Part shown: piece by piece, positions 8,440 through 17,186 of the stretch | Position numbering within the stretch: position 1 is the stretch's first letter | Layout of the letters: the number at the start of each line of letters is the position of its first letter | Source of the DNA: Candidatus Brocadia sp. | Lineage (GTDB): Bacteria > Planctomycetota > Brocadiia > Brocadiales > Brocadiaceae | Direction of reading: 5' to 3' | Length of the DNA stretch: 32,000 nt | Assembly: GCA_021650915.1 (NCBI GenBank) | Contig: CP091279.1 | Span: forward strand, 3,630,001-3,662,000 | Notes under the pieces: model-generated | What the model was told of the DNA's origin: nothing | Databases searched by the model: none | Seen by the model: the letters and a program-made list of their open reading frames with translations, nothing else | Made by a program: the position numbers and the translations under genes

Positions 8440-9171
8440 TTGAAAATAAGGGAAATGTTGCCCACGGTAGTTACCCTGGGAAATATGATATGCGGTTTTT
8501 CTTCGATTTTGTGCGCCTCAAATCATCAGTTTGAGATTGCAGCCTGGTTAATTGTTGCGGCTATGGCATTGGACGCCTTTGATGGAAGGCTGGCACGCAT
8601 GATGAAGACTTCAAGCAAGTTAGGCTCCCAATTGGATTCAATGGCGGATTTGACAACCTTTGGTATTGCTCCCGCCATTCTTATGATCAAGACGTGCACG
8701 AATTTTCCCAATCTCTTTTTGTGGGGGGTTGGTTTGTTTTTCATGATATGCGCAGCCTTTCGGCTGGCAAGGTTTAACACACAAAAAGACGAAGAAACGA
8801 CTATGGCAAGGCATTTTTTTACGGGATTGCCCACCACGCTTTCCGGAGGAACCATTGCGCAACTGGTCATTCTGAATCACTTTATTCAAATAAAATTTGG
8901 TATTGACATCGTTGCTGTACTTCTCCCGTTCATTACCTTTGCGCTTGGGTTATTTATGGTAAGCAAAGTCCCGTTCTTCAATATTACCGGAAAAATCGGC
9001 CTTAAACAAGGAATTTGGTTTATGGTACTGGAATTTTCCGCGGCCATCGTATTCTTTGTGCTTACCCCTGAGTTAGCGCTATCCACGGCGCTCAGTTGTT
9101 ATTTAATATCATGTGCAATGTATGGAGTTGTAAAAGGCAGGCATCTTAAAAAAGGATACTCAGTGACATAG
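8440..9171 (+). CDS. pssA: CDP-diacylglycerol--serine O-phosphatidyltransferase (CDP-alcohol phosphatidyltransferase family)
   Basis: 243 aa. The DG(x)2AR(x)8G(x)3D(x)3D motif is in DAFDGRLARMMKTSSKLGSQLDSMADL. Multiple TM helices. TTG start 5 nt after GGAGG; an alternative ATG is at 8455. Confidence 0.88.
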   Translation: MKIREMLPTVVTLGNMICGFSSILCASNHQFEIAAWLIVAAMALDAFDGRLARMMKTSSKLGSQLDSMADLTTFGIAPAILMIKTCTNFPNLFLWGVGLFFMICAAFRLARFNTQKDEETTMARHFFTGLPTTLSGGTIAQLVILNHFIQIKFGIDIVAVLLPFITFALGLFMVSKVPFFNITGKIGLKQGIWFMVLEFSAAIVFFVLTPELALSTALSCYLISCAMYGVVKGRHLKKGYSVT

Positions 9172-9213
9172 CGTTTCTGATGAGAAAAAGTAAGCTTCAC
9201 TATTATTTTTATA

Positions 9214-10761
9214 TTAGATGAGTGTAATGAGCGGATAACGGTTTCTATAAAAATGCCCCTTGTAACGTCGAAGTAAATAATCTAAATAACCGATATCGTT
9301 ATTTTCAGGGATTAAAAACGCTGATGAAATTGATTCAATTCCGTATTCATCTCCTAATCTCTTGACAAATTTCGGACTGATTGAATCGGAGTATATGAAC
9401 TTTCTGATGCAATCTATCTCGTTTTCGGTTAAGTCCATTCCTTTTTTTCTGAAACCATGTATGACATTGTTAAATTCAAGCATGATCTCCTGCCCTTCGT
9501 CTGCGTTAAAATAGACACCAATTCCATCATTACTATCCATTATCTGCTGTGGAAAAGAGATTCTTGCCCATGGATTTTTCAAATGGTGTTTTTCCGTGAT
9601 CTGCGAAACGACTTCTTTTGATTGAGATTCATACAACTGCCTATAATGTTTTTGCACATCAGCAGCCATAGAAAGACCGTCCGGGTAAATAACCAGATCG
9701 TTGAAATGATATTTTACAAAGTCATGATAATGAATCTTTACCATTTCCCTCGCCTTTTTGGCAAGTTGATCACAATACCGGTATGCTATCCTGGATGATG
9801 TTTGAAGAAAAGCATCCTTCAATTGCGGAAGAGCTTCATCGGTTAGATTATGGTAAATTTTCTGCTCACCAGACCAGTACCATTCGTCATTCCACGGTAT
9901 AAGACTACCGAAAACAATCTGTGAGGTCTCGAAAGGCGTAATACCTTCTCCCATCCGGATGGTATAGAGTTTGTCACTGATCAAATTCACTGCTTCCATG
10001 AAATCATTTTCTATCTTCACAATCTTATACAAGGCCGCATGCCTTTCATACCAACATCGTAAGGTGTATCGTTGTGCTTCGGTAATGTCCAATATTGCTG
10101 CCAAAATATCAATCACACCAAGCCCCGACCATGTTGTTGTTTCCTGGCAAATGAAATCATCAATTGTCGAAATGTCAGGTTTTCCACCAGTCTCTTTTAT
10201 ATAATTTTGAAAGCAATAACGGAATAAATATGAATGCTGCCCTAACCAGACGAGTTTCTTTTTTACGTCCCAGCCAAAGGTGTTTGGCTGGGCAAGGAAT
10301 GTTTTTATTCCTGAATCACGAGGTATTTTTTTGAATCGGTCTGCCAGAAAATCAGCGGCAAGTGCAGCAATTCTGAGCAGGTCTCTATGAACAGGCGAAA
10401 GGATAAGGTGTGGTTTCAGTTCAGAACAAACAACCCACAGCAGATGGCAAATACGATATCTATTAAATGGCTCCTGTTCTCCATACTCTTCTGATCGATG
10501 AATGAATGGAAGCCGAACGCCAAAGAATTCCTGATGGTACTGCTCTAATGCCTTCCAGATACCAATATCGTTATGCATGTCTTCAGCAAATTCAACCAAT
10601 ACCTCCGCTAACTCTTCAAGATGCTTTTTCGTCAAACGAAACGTCCTGTAAGAAGAATCCAGTTCTTTAATAAATATCCGCTTAAGGTCATGAATTATAT
10701 CCGGAAGGCATTGGTCTGCCTTCCCGACATATCCAGGAGGTCTGTTTACCTGAAAATACAT
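9214..10761 (-). CDS. Hypothetical protein, 515 aa, no family recognised
   Basis: A long clean ORF with no competing frame, probably mostly helical and W/Y/H-rich. I could not recognise any catalytic motif. Confidence 0.75.
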   Translation of the reverse strand: MYFQVNRPPGYVGKADQCLPDIIHDLKRIFIKELDSSYRTFRLTKKHLEELAEVLVEFAEDMHNDIGIWKALEQYHQEFFGVRLPFIHRSEEYGEQEPFNRYRICHLLWVVCSELKPHLILSPVHRDLLRIAALAADFLADRFKKIPRDSGIKTFLAQPNTFGWDVKKKLVWLGQHSYLFRYCFQNYIKETGGKPDISTIDDFICQETTTWSGLGVIDILAAILDITEAQRYTLRCWYERHAALYKIVKIENDFMEAVNLISDKLYTIRMGEGITPFETSQIVFGSLIPWNDEWYWSGEQKIYHNLTDEALPQLKDAFLQTSSRIAYRYCDQLAKKAREMVKIHYHDFVKYHFNDLVIYPDGLSMAADVQKHYRQLYESQSKEVVSQITEKHHLKNPWARISFPQQIMDSNDGIGVYFNADEGQEIMLEFNNVIHGFRKKGMDLTENEIDCIRKFIYSDSISPKFVKRLGDEYGIESISSAFLIPENNDIGYLDYLLRRYKGHFYRNRYPLITLI

Positions 10762-10816
10762 TGTTATTGAGCCCTTTCTCCTTTACTCATTCAAAGACAT
10801 GCCTTTGATTTTAAAG

Positions 10817-11170
10817 TCAGGCAGGAAAATATCCTTCAAGCAATTTTAACATTCCAAGTGCATTTTTCACCGATTTTCCTGTATGGCAGTTATTGAACAT
10901 GACTAAGGTATTCCGGGTAGTACCGGATATTTTTTTTATATCAGACACAAAAACCTTCAATTCATCAGGGGTATACAGATAATCATACCGTTCTGATGCT
11001 GTTGCTTCAAACCAATTTGCATTCCTACCGTGAAATCTGAAATATCCCAGGTCAGTTGTTACCGTTGGATTATACGGCATGAGGCCTTTGAGTCGGGGTT
11101 CGTCTACGATACAGTATCCAATATGATGCTCTTTGAGAAACGTCAGGCCTTTTTCATTGTGCCAATAATA
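10817..11170 (-). pseudogene. DUF72 (UPF0759/YecE-like) gene, 5'-truncated at the IS630 boundary
   Basis: The track ORF 10817..11080 (GYFRFHGRN...YDYLYTPDEL...VMFNNCHTGKSVKNA) extends in frame upstream to 11170 (YYWHNEKGLTFLKEHHIGYCIVDEPRL). There it runs into the IS630 inverted repeat. No start codon and no N-terminal half are present. Confidence 0.7.
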
Positions 11171-11237
11171 TAGATTGTTGCATTAATTAAGTTAATAATT
11201 AGTTTCATTGCTAGATAAAATGTTGTAAAATAGGAGC

Positions 11238-11939
11238 ATGAAAGATGACGGAAGGAAGCTGTCAAGGGAGGTATTGGAGTCTTATCGAATCCGGGCGATC
11301 ACGCTCAGGGATAAGATGCATTATTCCGTTAAAGAAATAGGCGAGATATTTGGCATTAAGTATGAAAGTGTCTCAAGGTGGTTCTCTCAATACCGTCGTG
11401 GTGGTATAGAGGCGCTTAAGGAACGCAAAGCAAAGGGCAAGGCGCGAATTGTAAATGCGGATGATTTAAGATGGTTGCAAAGTGTTTTGCAGAATGTCGC
11501 GACAAAATATGGTTTTTCGACTCCGCTGTGGACCGGAACATATGTTAGAATTCTTTTCCGGCGAGAAGGAAAAGTGAATTTGGATCGCAGCACAATATGG
11601 CGATATCTGGTTCGGTTGGGTTTGAGTTTTCAAAAGCCGGAAAAACGTTATTCACAGCAAGACATGGATTTGGTAAAGACATGGATTAGCAAGGAGTGGC
11701 CTGAAATTCAGAAGTGGGCTCAGAAAAACCGGGCTATTATCTATTTTGAGGATGAGTCGGGCGTTTCCCTTGCGCCTGTTATTGGAAAAACATGGGCTCC
11801 GATAGGAGAAACCCCCGTTGTGCGTGTGACCGGGAAACGGGCGGCGTTTTGGCCATGTCGGCGATTTCGCCATCTGGCAGGATGTGTTTCCGTCTGGAGA
11901 AACGAAAAGTTAACGCCCAGGTTCTTATGGAATTTCTGA
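11238..11939 (+). CDS. IS630-family transposase, N-terminal part (HTH domains and first catalytic D)
   Basis: Winged-helix/HTH region (YSVKEIGEIFGIKYESVSRWFSQYRRGG) and IYFEDESG. After ...PVVRVTGKR the homology continues in the -1 frame. Confidence 0.8.
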   Translation: MKDDGRKLSREVLESYRIRAITLRDKMHYSVKEIGEIFGIKYESVSRWFSQYRRGGIEALKERKAKGKARIVNADDLRWLQSVLQNVATKYGFSTPLWTGTYVRILFRREGKVNLDRSTIWRYLVRLGLSFQKPEKRYSQQDMDLVKTWISKEWPEIQKWAQKNRAIIYFEDESGVSLAPVIGKTWAPIGETPVVRVTGKRAAFWPCRRFRHLAGCVSVWRNEKLTPRFLWNF

Positions 11940-12247
11940 ATCAAATTAGCGTGCAACATCCGCGGCGTAAGGTGGCGGTGATCATGGACCAAGCGCCTTG
12001 CCATGTTGCCAAAAGAATTAAAGCATTGAATGAGGGGTCATCGAAGCTACGCGTATTCCATCTGCCGCCGTATTCACCGGATCTGAATCCGGATGAAAAA
12101 GTTTGGCGGCATATGAAGCATGTCACGCTAAAGAATCACCAGGCACAGAACAAAAAACAACTTGGACGTTTAGTCATTGGAGCGCTTAGAAAAATACAGA
12201 AGAACCCTGAATTGACCAAGAAATTCTTTGAGAATTATTTAACATAA
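11792..12247 (+). CDS. IS630-family transposase, C-terminal part (second D and E of the DDE triad), -1 frame relative to 11238..11939
   Basis: GGVLAMSAISPSG..., VIMDQAPCH and LPPYSPDLNPDEKVW. The frame junction is near 11838-11842. Confidence 0.8.
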   Translation: MGSDRRNPRCACDRETGGVLAMSAISPSGRMCFRLEKRKVNAQVLMEFLNQISVQHPRRKVAVIMDQAPCHVAKRIKALNEGSSKLRVFHLPPYSPDLNPDEKVWRHMKHVTLKNHQAQNKKQLGRLVIGALRKIQKNPELTKKFFENYLT

Positions 12248-12275
12248 TCAATGCAACGAACTATATTTCAGAAAA

Positions 12276-12434
12276 TTACAAAAGGTTGTGATTAATAATT
12301 TTGCCATCTCCCGAAACATCTTCCATTCCTATAAATGTAACTGACTCCTCACAGCCAATTGGCTTGCGAGACGGCCTTATTTGGCACAAGCCCCCCAATT
12401 GACAATTATCCATTTTCAATTTTTCATTACTCAT
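12276..12434 (-). pseudogene. hsdS: Type I R-M specificity subunit (hsdS) N-terminal stub, about 52 aa
   Basis: MSNEKLKMDNCQLGGLCQIRPSRKPIGCEESVTFIGMEDVSGDGKIIN resembles the start of an HsdS target-recognition domain. SD GGAGGTGG lies upstream. It overlaps the yhcG end, stops after 52 codons, and the IS630 end is 13 nt away. Confidence 0.5.
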
Positions 12435-13042
12435 TACCACCTCCCGCTGTTCTGCCAAGCTCGGCTTCAATCTCCTCAATGCTCGGCAGGCCGGATTTCA
12501 GGTTTTCCGGCAATGAGCGGGTCGGTTCATATTCGGATATACCGATGGGTTTATGCATGTCTCGCAATGCATACTCGGCAAGAACCCTGTCTTTCGTTTG
12601 ACACAAAATAAGGCCAATAGTAGGTTGATCGGTCGGGTGTTTGAGCATGTCGTCAATTGCGGAACAGTGAAAGTTCATCTTCCCCGCGTATTCCGGCCTG
12701 AAGTCCCCTTTTTTCAGCCTGTTGTAATTGTGCCACAGCCTGTGGCATTATTGGCAATATGTTCGGATATTCACGATAAAAGCGAAGCATTCGCTTGATG
12801 TTCCGCTCTGAAAATCCTTTCTCTTCCGGTAACTCATTTCGTATATCTCTGGCAAGACGCGGAATAATCGTGGCTCCCCACCCTTCACGATCTTGCCTGT
12901 CCTGAATCATTCGCCCGATGTCCCTGTACATCAAAATCATCTCCGAGTTTGCGGAAAGCGTTGCTTTAACCTGCGCCTGGCGAATGCGGGTTTTAATATC
13001 GCTCAATAAGACGCCGTAGAATTCACGGCTGTTCATTTCCAT
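12427..13042 (-). pseudogene. YhcG/DUF1016 PD-(D/E)xK nuclease-family gene with an internal deletion/frameshift
   Basis: The N-terminal ORF 12653..13042 (ILMYRDIGRMI...WGATIIPRLARDI...GFSERNIKRMLRFYREYP) and the C-terminal ORF 12427..12678 are in different frames. My in-frame read upstream of the latter gives LKKGDFRPEYAGKMNFHCSAIDD...PTIGLILCQTKD...PIGISEY. Together they give about 210 aa against about 350 expected. Confidence 0.65.
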
Positions 13043-13247
13043 ACCAACCCCATTTTCTTCAGGTGCCCGTGTACCTTTTTCTCTAACGCATCCACTTCAG
13101 CAGTGATGGCAGGCAATGGGGCTTCATGGCGTTCTGCCAGTTCTTTGATGCGTCCCGTAAGCCGCTGGCTGATACGCTCCATTTCAGTTTTTATATCCCT
13201 TTCAAGCGCGGCCATCCATTTATCTTCTATTATAAGAATCTTTTTTT
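13033..13247 (-). pseudogene. hsdM: Displaced 3' end of hsdM (last about 71 codons), separated from the body by the IS66 insertion
   Basis: ILIIEDKWMAALERDIKTEMERISQRLTGRIKELAERHEAPLPAITAEVDALEKKVHGHLKKMGLVWK. It joins in frame to ...TEAEKK at 14967 once the IS and one TSD copy are removed. Confidence 0.8.
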
Positions 13248-14966
13248 GTAACTATTCAGCGTAATATCGCCCCCTATCGTTACGAGCTGGCAAAATCAGG
13301 CAATTTGCCGCGAAATACCATCCGTAATGCCTGACTTAAATTTACCCCTTGTTTTCGACAAGTCGAGAGATAACTACGGATGAGGCAGAAGATCTTCGCT
13401 CCGTCCAGAGAACGAAAACAGCCCGATATCTTCTGCTGAACCTTCGTCATCCTGATATCGTTTTCGGCCAGGTTATTCGTGAAGGGGACGTTTTTATTGT
13501 CCATAAATCTGAGCACATCACCCTCATACTCCCGTAATCGTTCCAGGAGATTCCGTGCTTTTGTCCTTTTTACCCGCCCTCTTTTCCCCTTGCGGTTCGT
13601 TTCATCAGGGGGCGGGCTTTCAGCTTCTGCGTTTTGTAATATCCCCCGGTACCTTTGCCGGTATTTCTCAGACTCGCCGTTTTCCAACAAACCCCCCGCA
13701 TCCTTTACCGCACGGTTTATCTCTTCGAGCAGGGCTTTCATCTCTTTCGCCCACGGTTGCTTCTTATCCTCTTCCCACACCCCCTCCAATTCCCTCAGGT
13801 GGTGTGCATTACAGAGCGCATGTGTACAGCGGGTGTAGGTGTAATACGCCTTCAAATGGTCGTGACAAAGAATCCCCCGAAACTGGGGCAGTATCCCGAT
13901 ACTATCCATCGCTTCCGTCCCACGTCTTTCGTGAGGGAAAAAGTGTGTCCACAAACTATTGGATGCACTATGCAGCCAATACCTGTCTCCGTTCTTGTTG
14001 ATGCTCGTTTCATCTGCCTGCAATACCTCTGATTTGACAAGTTCTTCCTTGGTTTTCCTCTCGAAGGCTTCCAGAGATTCGTAGGCATCCTTGTTAAAGT
14101 TGTAAAGAGAGCCTTCGCTCAGCGGTATCCCCATCTGCTCCTCAAAATACTCCTGGATCCTCTTATAGGGTATCAATTGATACTGTGACATATATACTGC
14201 GTGCGCTTTCAAATCCGGCCCATACTGCACTGCCTTTGTCACCCCTTCCGGAAATGACGCTACAAACCTACTTCCCTCCGCATCCTCAACTATCTCTGCC
14301 CGATACTCCGTTACCACCCTTGAAATCTTCATATCAAACACCTGACGCGACTCATAACCGATCAACCTGTATTTGCCGCTCGGATACTTCCTCCGGTCTA
14401 CTTTTATTACTTCCACCTTATCAGGATTGGCTACCTTTTTCAGCGTTACTCCATCATGACCCTCTTGCCCACCTGCCTTCCTCTCTCCTTTCGCCCTGCT
14501 CTTTCTCGTGCGATTCGGATCGCTTGCGGGCGGCTTACTACTGTTGCGACTGTTCCGGTTCAGACGTCCTACCAGCAGCGTTATCACTAACACCAACAAC
14601 TCTATCATTGACCTTATGGCAGGTGACAGACCTTTTTCCTCTGAAAGCAGCTTTTCTACTTTCCGCAGCGTTGCATCTATATCTATATTCTCTATCGTCA
14701 ATGGATGGCACCGGTATTAATAGCCTGAAATCATCTCCTGCGGCTATTATACCACAGGCTTTTTCACCCATTTTTTTCACCCTCTACCGCCCTACAAAAC
14801 TCTGTAATTCTCTGGCCGAACATACCCCACACCTCTCTTTGCAAAAACCTCCGATGGGCTACAGTGGCATCCTCCACAGCCATTTATTCTACCAACCAAT
14901 TCTACGGCCCCCTTTTCTCATGTTGACTGTCAACTAAATTCTAAAATATTTTCGCTGAATAGTTAC
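13248..14966 (-). mobile_element. IS66-family insertion sequence, single-ORF type (1719 bp)
   Basis: Perfect 14-bp terminal inverted repeats: GTAACTATTCAGCG at 13248-13261 and its reverse complement at 14953-14966. An 8-bp direct target duplication CTTTTTTT lies at 13240-13247 and 14967-14974. Confidence 0.9.
13280..14701 (-). CDS. IS66-family transposase
   Basis: 473 aa. It has an N-terminal coiled coil and a basic region (NSRNSSKPPSDP-like). The DDE core includes LQADETS, ILCHDHLKAYY, CNAHHLREL and FTNNLAENDIRM, all typical of IS66 TnpC-type transposases. Confidence 0.9.
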   Translation of the reverse strand: MTIENIDIDATLRKVEKLLSEEKGLSPAIRSMIELLVLVITLLVGRLNRNSRNSSKPPASDPNRTRKSRAKGERKAGGQEGHDGVTLKKVANPDKVEVIKVDRRKYPSGKYRLIGYESRQVFDMKISRVVTEYRAEIVEDAEGSRFVASFPEGVTKAVQYGPDLKAHAVYMSQYQLIPYKRIQEYFEEQMGIPLSEGSLYNFNKDAYESLEAFERKTKEELVKSEVLQADETSINKNGDRYWLHSASNSLWTHFFPHERRGTEAMDSIGILPQFRGILCHDHLKAYYTYTRCTHALCNAHHLRELEGVWEEDKKQPWAKEMKALLEEINRAVKDAGGLLENGESEKYRQRYRGILQNAEAESPPPDETNRKGKRGRVKRTKARNLLERLREYEGDVLRFMDNKNVPFTNNLAENDIRMTKVQQKISGCFRSLDGAKIFCLIRSYLSTCRKQGVNLSQALRMVFRGKLPDFASS

Positions 14967-17186
14967 CTTTTTTTCGGCTTCAGTAAGGGTCTTGTATTTA
15001 TCAAAGACCTTTTTCTCCAGGGCGGCCTGTGCATCTCTGATTTTCTTGCTTTCTTCAGCTTCCTGTTCTGCCAGCTTCACATATACCTTCAATATTTTTA
15101 ATTCTTCCTTGTCCTCAATTGTCCCTTGTTCATTATCCATTGTCAATTCTTTAACGCGTTTCTGCACACTGGCCTTAGTAATCTTATCCTTATCGTTTTT
15201 GGCATCGGCCATTAGCCCTTCTTCCCCGCCGTGTTCCTCTTCCATCTCTTCCATTTGTCTGACAATCGCATCACGGTCGGCCTCTAAATTATCAATGGCC
15301 TTTCGCTCTGTCGCAAAATAGCGGGCAACGATAAGCCCTTTGGGTATGAGGCGCCCTTCCCATTGTTTTTTATCTCTTTCTAATTCTCTCCCCACTTCCC
15401 ACCAGTCGCTTACCAGGGCATACACGTCATCCTGCATGGTTTCAGACCAGTAAACCATGAGATGCTGGTAAACATCGTATTTGTCGATCAGCTTTAAGCT
15501 GGAAAATACTTGCAGTAAATCTTCCGAGATTTCGTGTATCAGTTTTTTGGGTTTATCGCCAACGGCAATGCCTCTCAGTTTTGGTATGTTTTTGCTTTTC
15601 CATTGACTGAATACGGTGTCTACTTTTTTACTGTAAGCAGTAAACTCCGGGTGAGAGAAAATGCTGGGTTTTATGGCATCATGGGCAATAAGCAGCTTGC
15701 TGTAATTGACACGGTTTCCCGTCGTGAATAATGTCTTTCTCAGGGTCGGATAAACGTCCCAATACAAGTGCAAGGCGTCAATATCGTCATTGGGTATACC
15801 GCCCAGCAAATGCGCCTCAATATGCTGAATGTCCTCGCCCTCCTGGCTATCAATGTAGCGGGGGATATTCAGGTTAAACTCATTGGCCTCGATCTCCGTT
15901 ACCGGCGCCATGCGGCTGTATTTTTCCATTTCGAGCTGTTTGTTGAATACATCCACGATCTTGTGGATGTCCTGTTCCCGCAGGCGGTTTTTGTTGCCGT
16001 CTTTCTCGAAACCCTTGCTGGCATCGACCATGAAAATGCCTTTGCGGTGTTCTGCGCCTTCTTTATCAAGCACAATAATGCAGGCGGGGATGCCGGTGCC
16101 GTAAAAGAGGTTGGGAGGCAGGCCGATGATGCCTTTGATGTATCCCCTGCGAATGATATTTTTTCTTATTTCCCCCTCAGCGCCGCCGCGAAACAGCACC
16201 CCATGCGGGAGGATCACGGCGCCCTTGCCTTTGCTCTTTAAGGAGCGGATGATGTGCAGAAGAAAAGCATAGTCTCCATTTTTCTTCGGGGGTATACCGT
16301 AATCCTTGAAACGATCGTGGATATCGGATATGGTTCCATCCTGAACGGCAAATCCGTTACTCCATGCCTTGTATGAGAAGGGCGGATTGGCTACCGCAAA
16401 GTCAAAGGCCTTAAGTCTGCCTCTTTCGTCCAGAAACAACGGGCCGGAAAGGGTGTTCCCTTGTTTGATTTCTGCGGTCGGGTTGTTGTGCAGAATCATA
16501 TTCATGCGGGCAAGGGCGGCGGTGGCCACGTCCATCTCCTGCCCGTAAATCGTCATACCCGATTCTGATTCATCGGCCACCTTGAGCAGTAGCGATGCAG
16601 AGCCGCAGGTGGGATCATACCCTGTTGTTGATGGCGTTATTTTTGAGTTAAAAGTGATAATCTTCGCCATTATCCGGCTTACCTCGGCGGGGGTGTAGAA
16701 TTGTCCTTTGCTCTTGCCGCTCTCGGTGGCAAAGTGACGCATCAGGTATTCGTAGGCATCGCCAAGGATATCGTCCCCTTCTGCCCTGTTCTTACTGAAA
16801 TCGAGCGCCGGGTTTTCAAAGATGGCGATGAGATTGGAGAGGCGGTCAACCATCTCCTTGCCGCTGCCCAGTTTATCGGCGCTGTTGAAGTCGGCGACAT
16901 CGATGGTGCCGGTAAGCTTGTTGGCTTCGGCGATTTTTCTGATGATCTTCTTGTTAATGTCATCGCCAATGGTGGGCTTGCCTTTCAGGGCAACCATGTC
17001 TTGAAAGCTGGCGCCTTTGGGCACCGTAATAGGCGCATAGGGAACCCCGGCATATTTGTCAGAGATGTATTTGATGAACAACAGCACCAGCACATAGTCT
17101 TTATACTGAGAGGCATCCATCCCGCCGCGGAGTTCGTCACAACTTGCCCAGAGGGAGCCGTAGAGCTCAGATTTTTTGATAGCCAA
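14934..17186 (-). CDS. hsdM: Type I restriction-modification system methyltransferase subunit HsdM, C-terminus disrupted by IS66. The native sequence ends at 14967; the last 10 codons and the stop are IS-derived.
   Basis: HsdM N-terminal domain (MAIKKSELYGSLWASCDELRGGMDASQYKDYVLVLLFIKYISDK). AdoMet motif YDPTCGSASLL. Catalytic NPPF in VANPPFSYKAW. The C-terminal coiled coil is cut at EAEKK by the IS. Confidence 0.9.
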   Translation of the reverse strand: MAIKKSELYGSLWASCDELRGGMDASQYKDYVLVLLFIKYISDKYAGVPYAPITVPKGASFQDMVALKGKPTIGDDINKKIIRKIAEANKLTGTIDVADFNSADKLGSGKEMVDRLSNLIAIFENPALDFSKNRAEGDDILGDAYEYLMRHFATESGKSKGQFYTPAEVSRIMAKIITFNSKITPSTTGYDPTCGSASLLLKVADESESGMTIYGQEMDVATAALARMNMILHNNPTAEIKQGNTLSGPLFLDERGRLKAFDFAVANPPFSYKAWSNGFAVQDGTISDIHDRFKDYGIPPKKNGDYAFLLHIIRSLKSKGKGAVILPHGVLFRGGAEGEIRKNIIRRGYIKGIIGLPPNLFYGTGIPACIIVLDKEGAEHRKGIFMVDASKGFEKDGNKNRLREQDIHKIVDVFNKQLEMEKYSRMAPVTEIEANEFNLNIPRYIDSQEGEDIQHIEAHLLGGIPNDDIDALHLYWDVYPTLRKTLFTTGNRVNYSKLLIAHDAIKPSIFSHPEFTAYSKKVDTVFSQWKSKNIPKLRGIAVGDKPKKLIHEISEDLLQVFSSLKLIDKYDVYQHLMVYWSETMQDDVYALVSDWWEVGRELERDKKQWEGRLIPKGLIVARYFATERKAIDNLEADRDAIVRQMEEMEEEHGGEEGLMADAKNDKDKITKASVQKRVKELTMDNEQGTIEDKEELKILKVYVKLAEQEAEESKKIRDAQAALEKKVFDKYKTLTEAEKKVTIQRKYFRI

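Larger units (their letters stand above)
11171..12263 (+). mobile_element. IS630-family insertion sequence (1093 bp)
   Basis: Terminal inverted repeats are TAGATTGTTGCATTAATT (11171-) and the reverse complement of AATCAATGCAACGAACTA (-12263). Both ends are flanked by TA (11169-70 and 12264-65), the IS630/Tc1 target duplication. It encodes a DDE transposase. Confidence 0.85.

Noticed and set aside
8286-8534. 82-aa ORF overlapping the pssA start
   Set aside because: It lies out of frame across the pssA SD/start with no motif. pssA has a clear family signature and an SD.
11832-11838. GGGAAAC, a classic -1 slippery heptamer, at the IS630 frame junction
   Set aside because: In the upstream reading frame the codons are ACC GGG AAA CGG. 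The heptamer is therefore not phased as X XXY YYZ, and it cannot by itself support programmed frameshifting.
14185-14937. 250-aa plus-strand ORF inside the IS66 element (P/S/L-rich)
   Set aside because: It is antisense to the IS66 transposase and its 5' UTR, has low-complexity composition, and resembles neither TnpA nor TnpB of IS66 elements.
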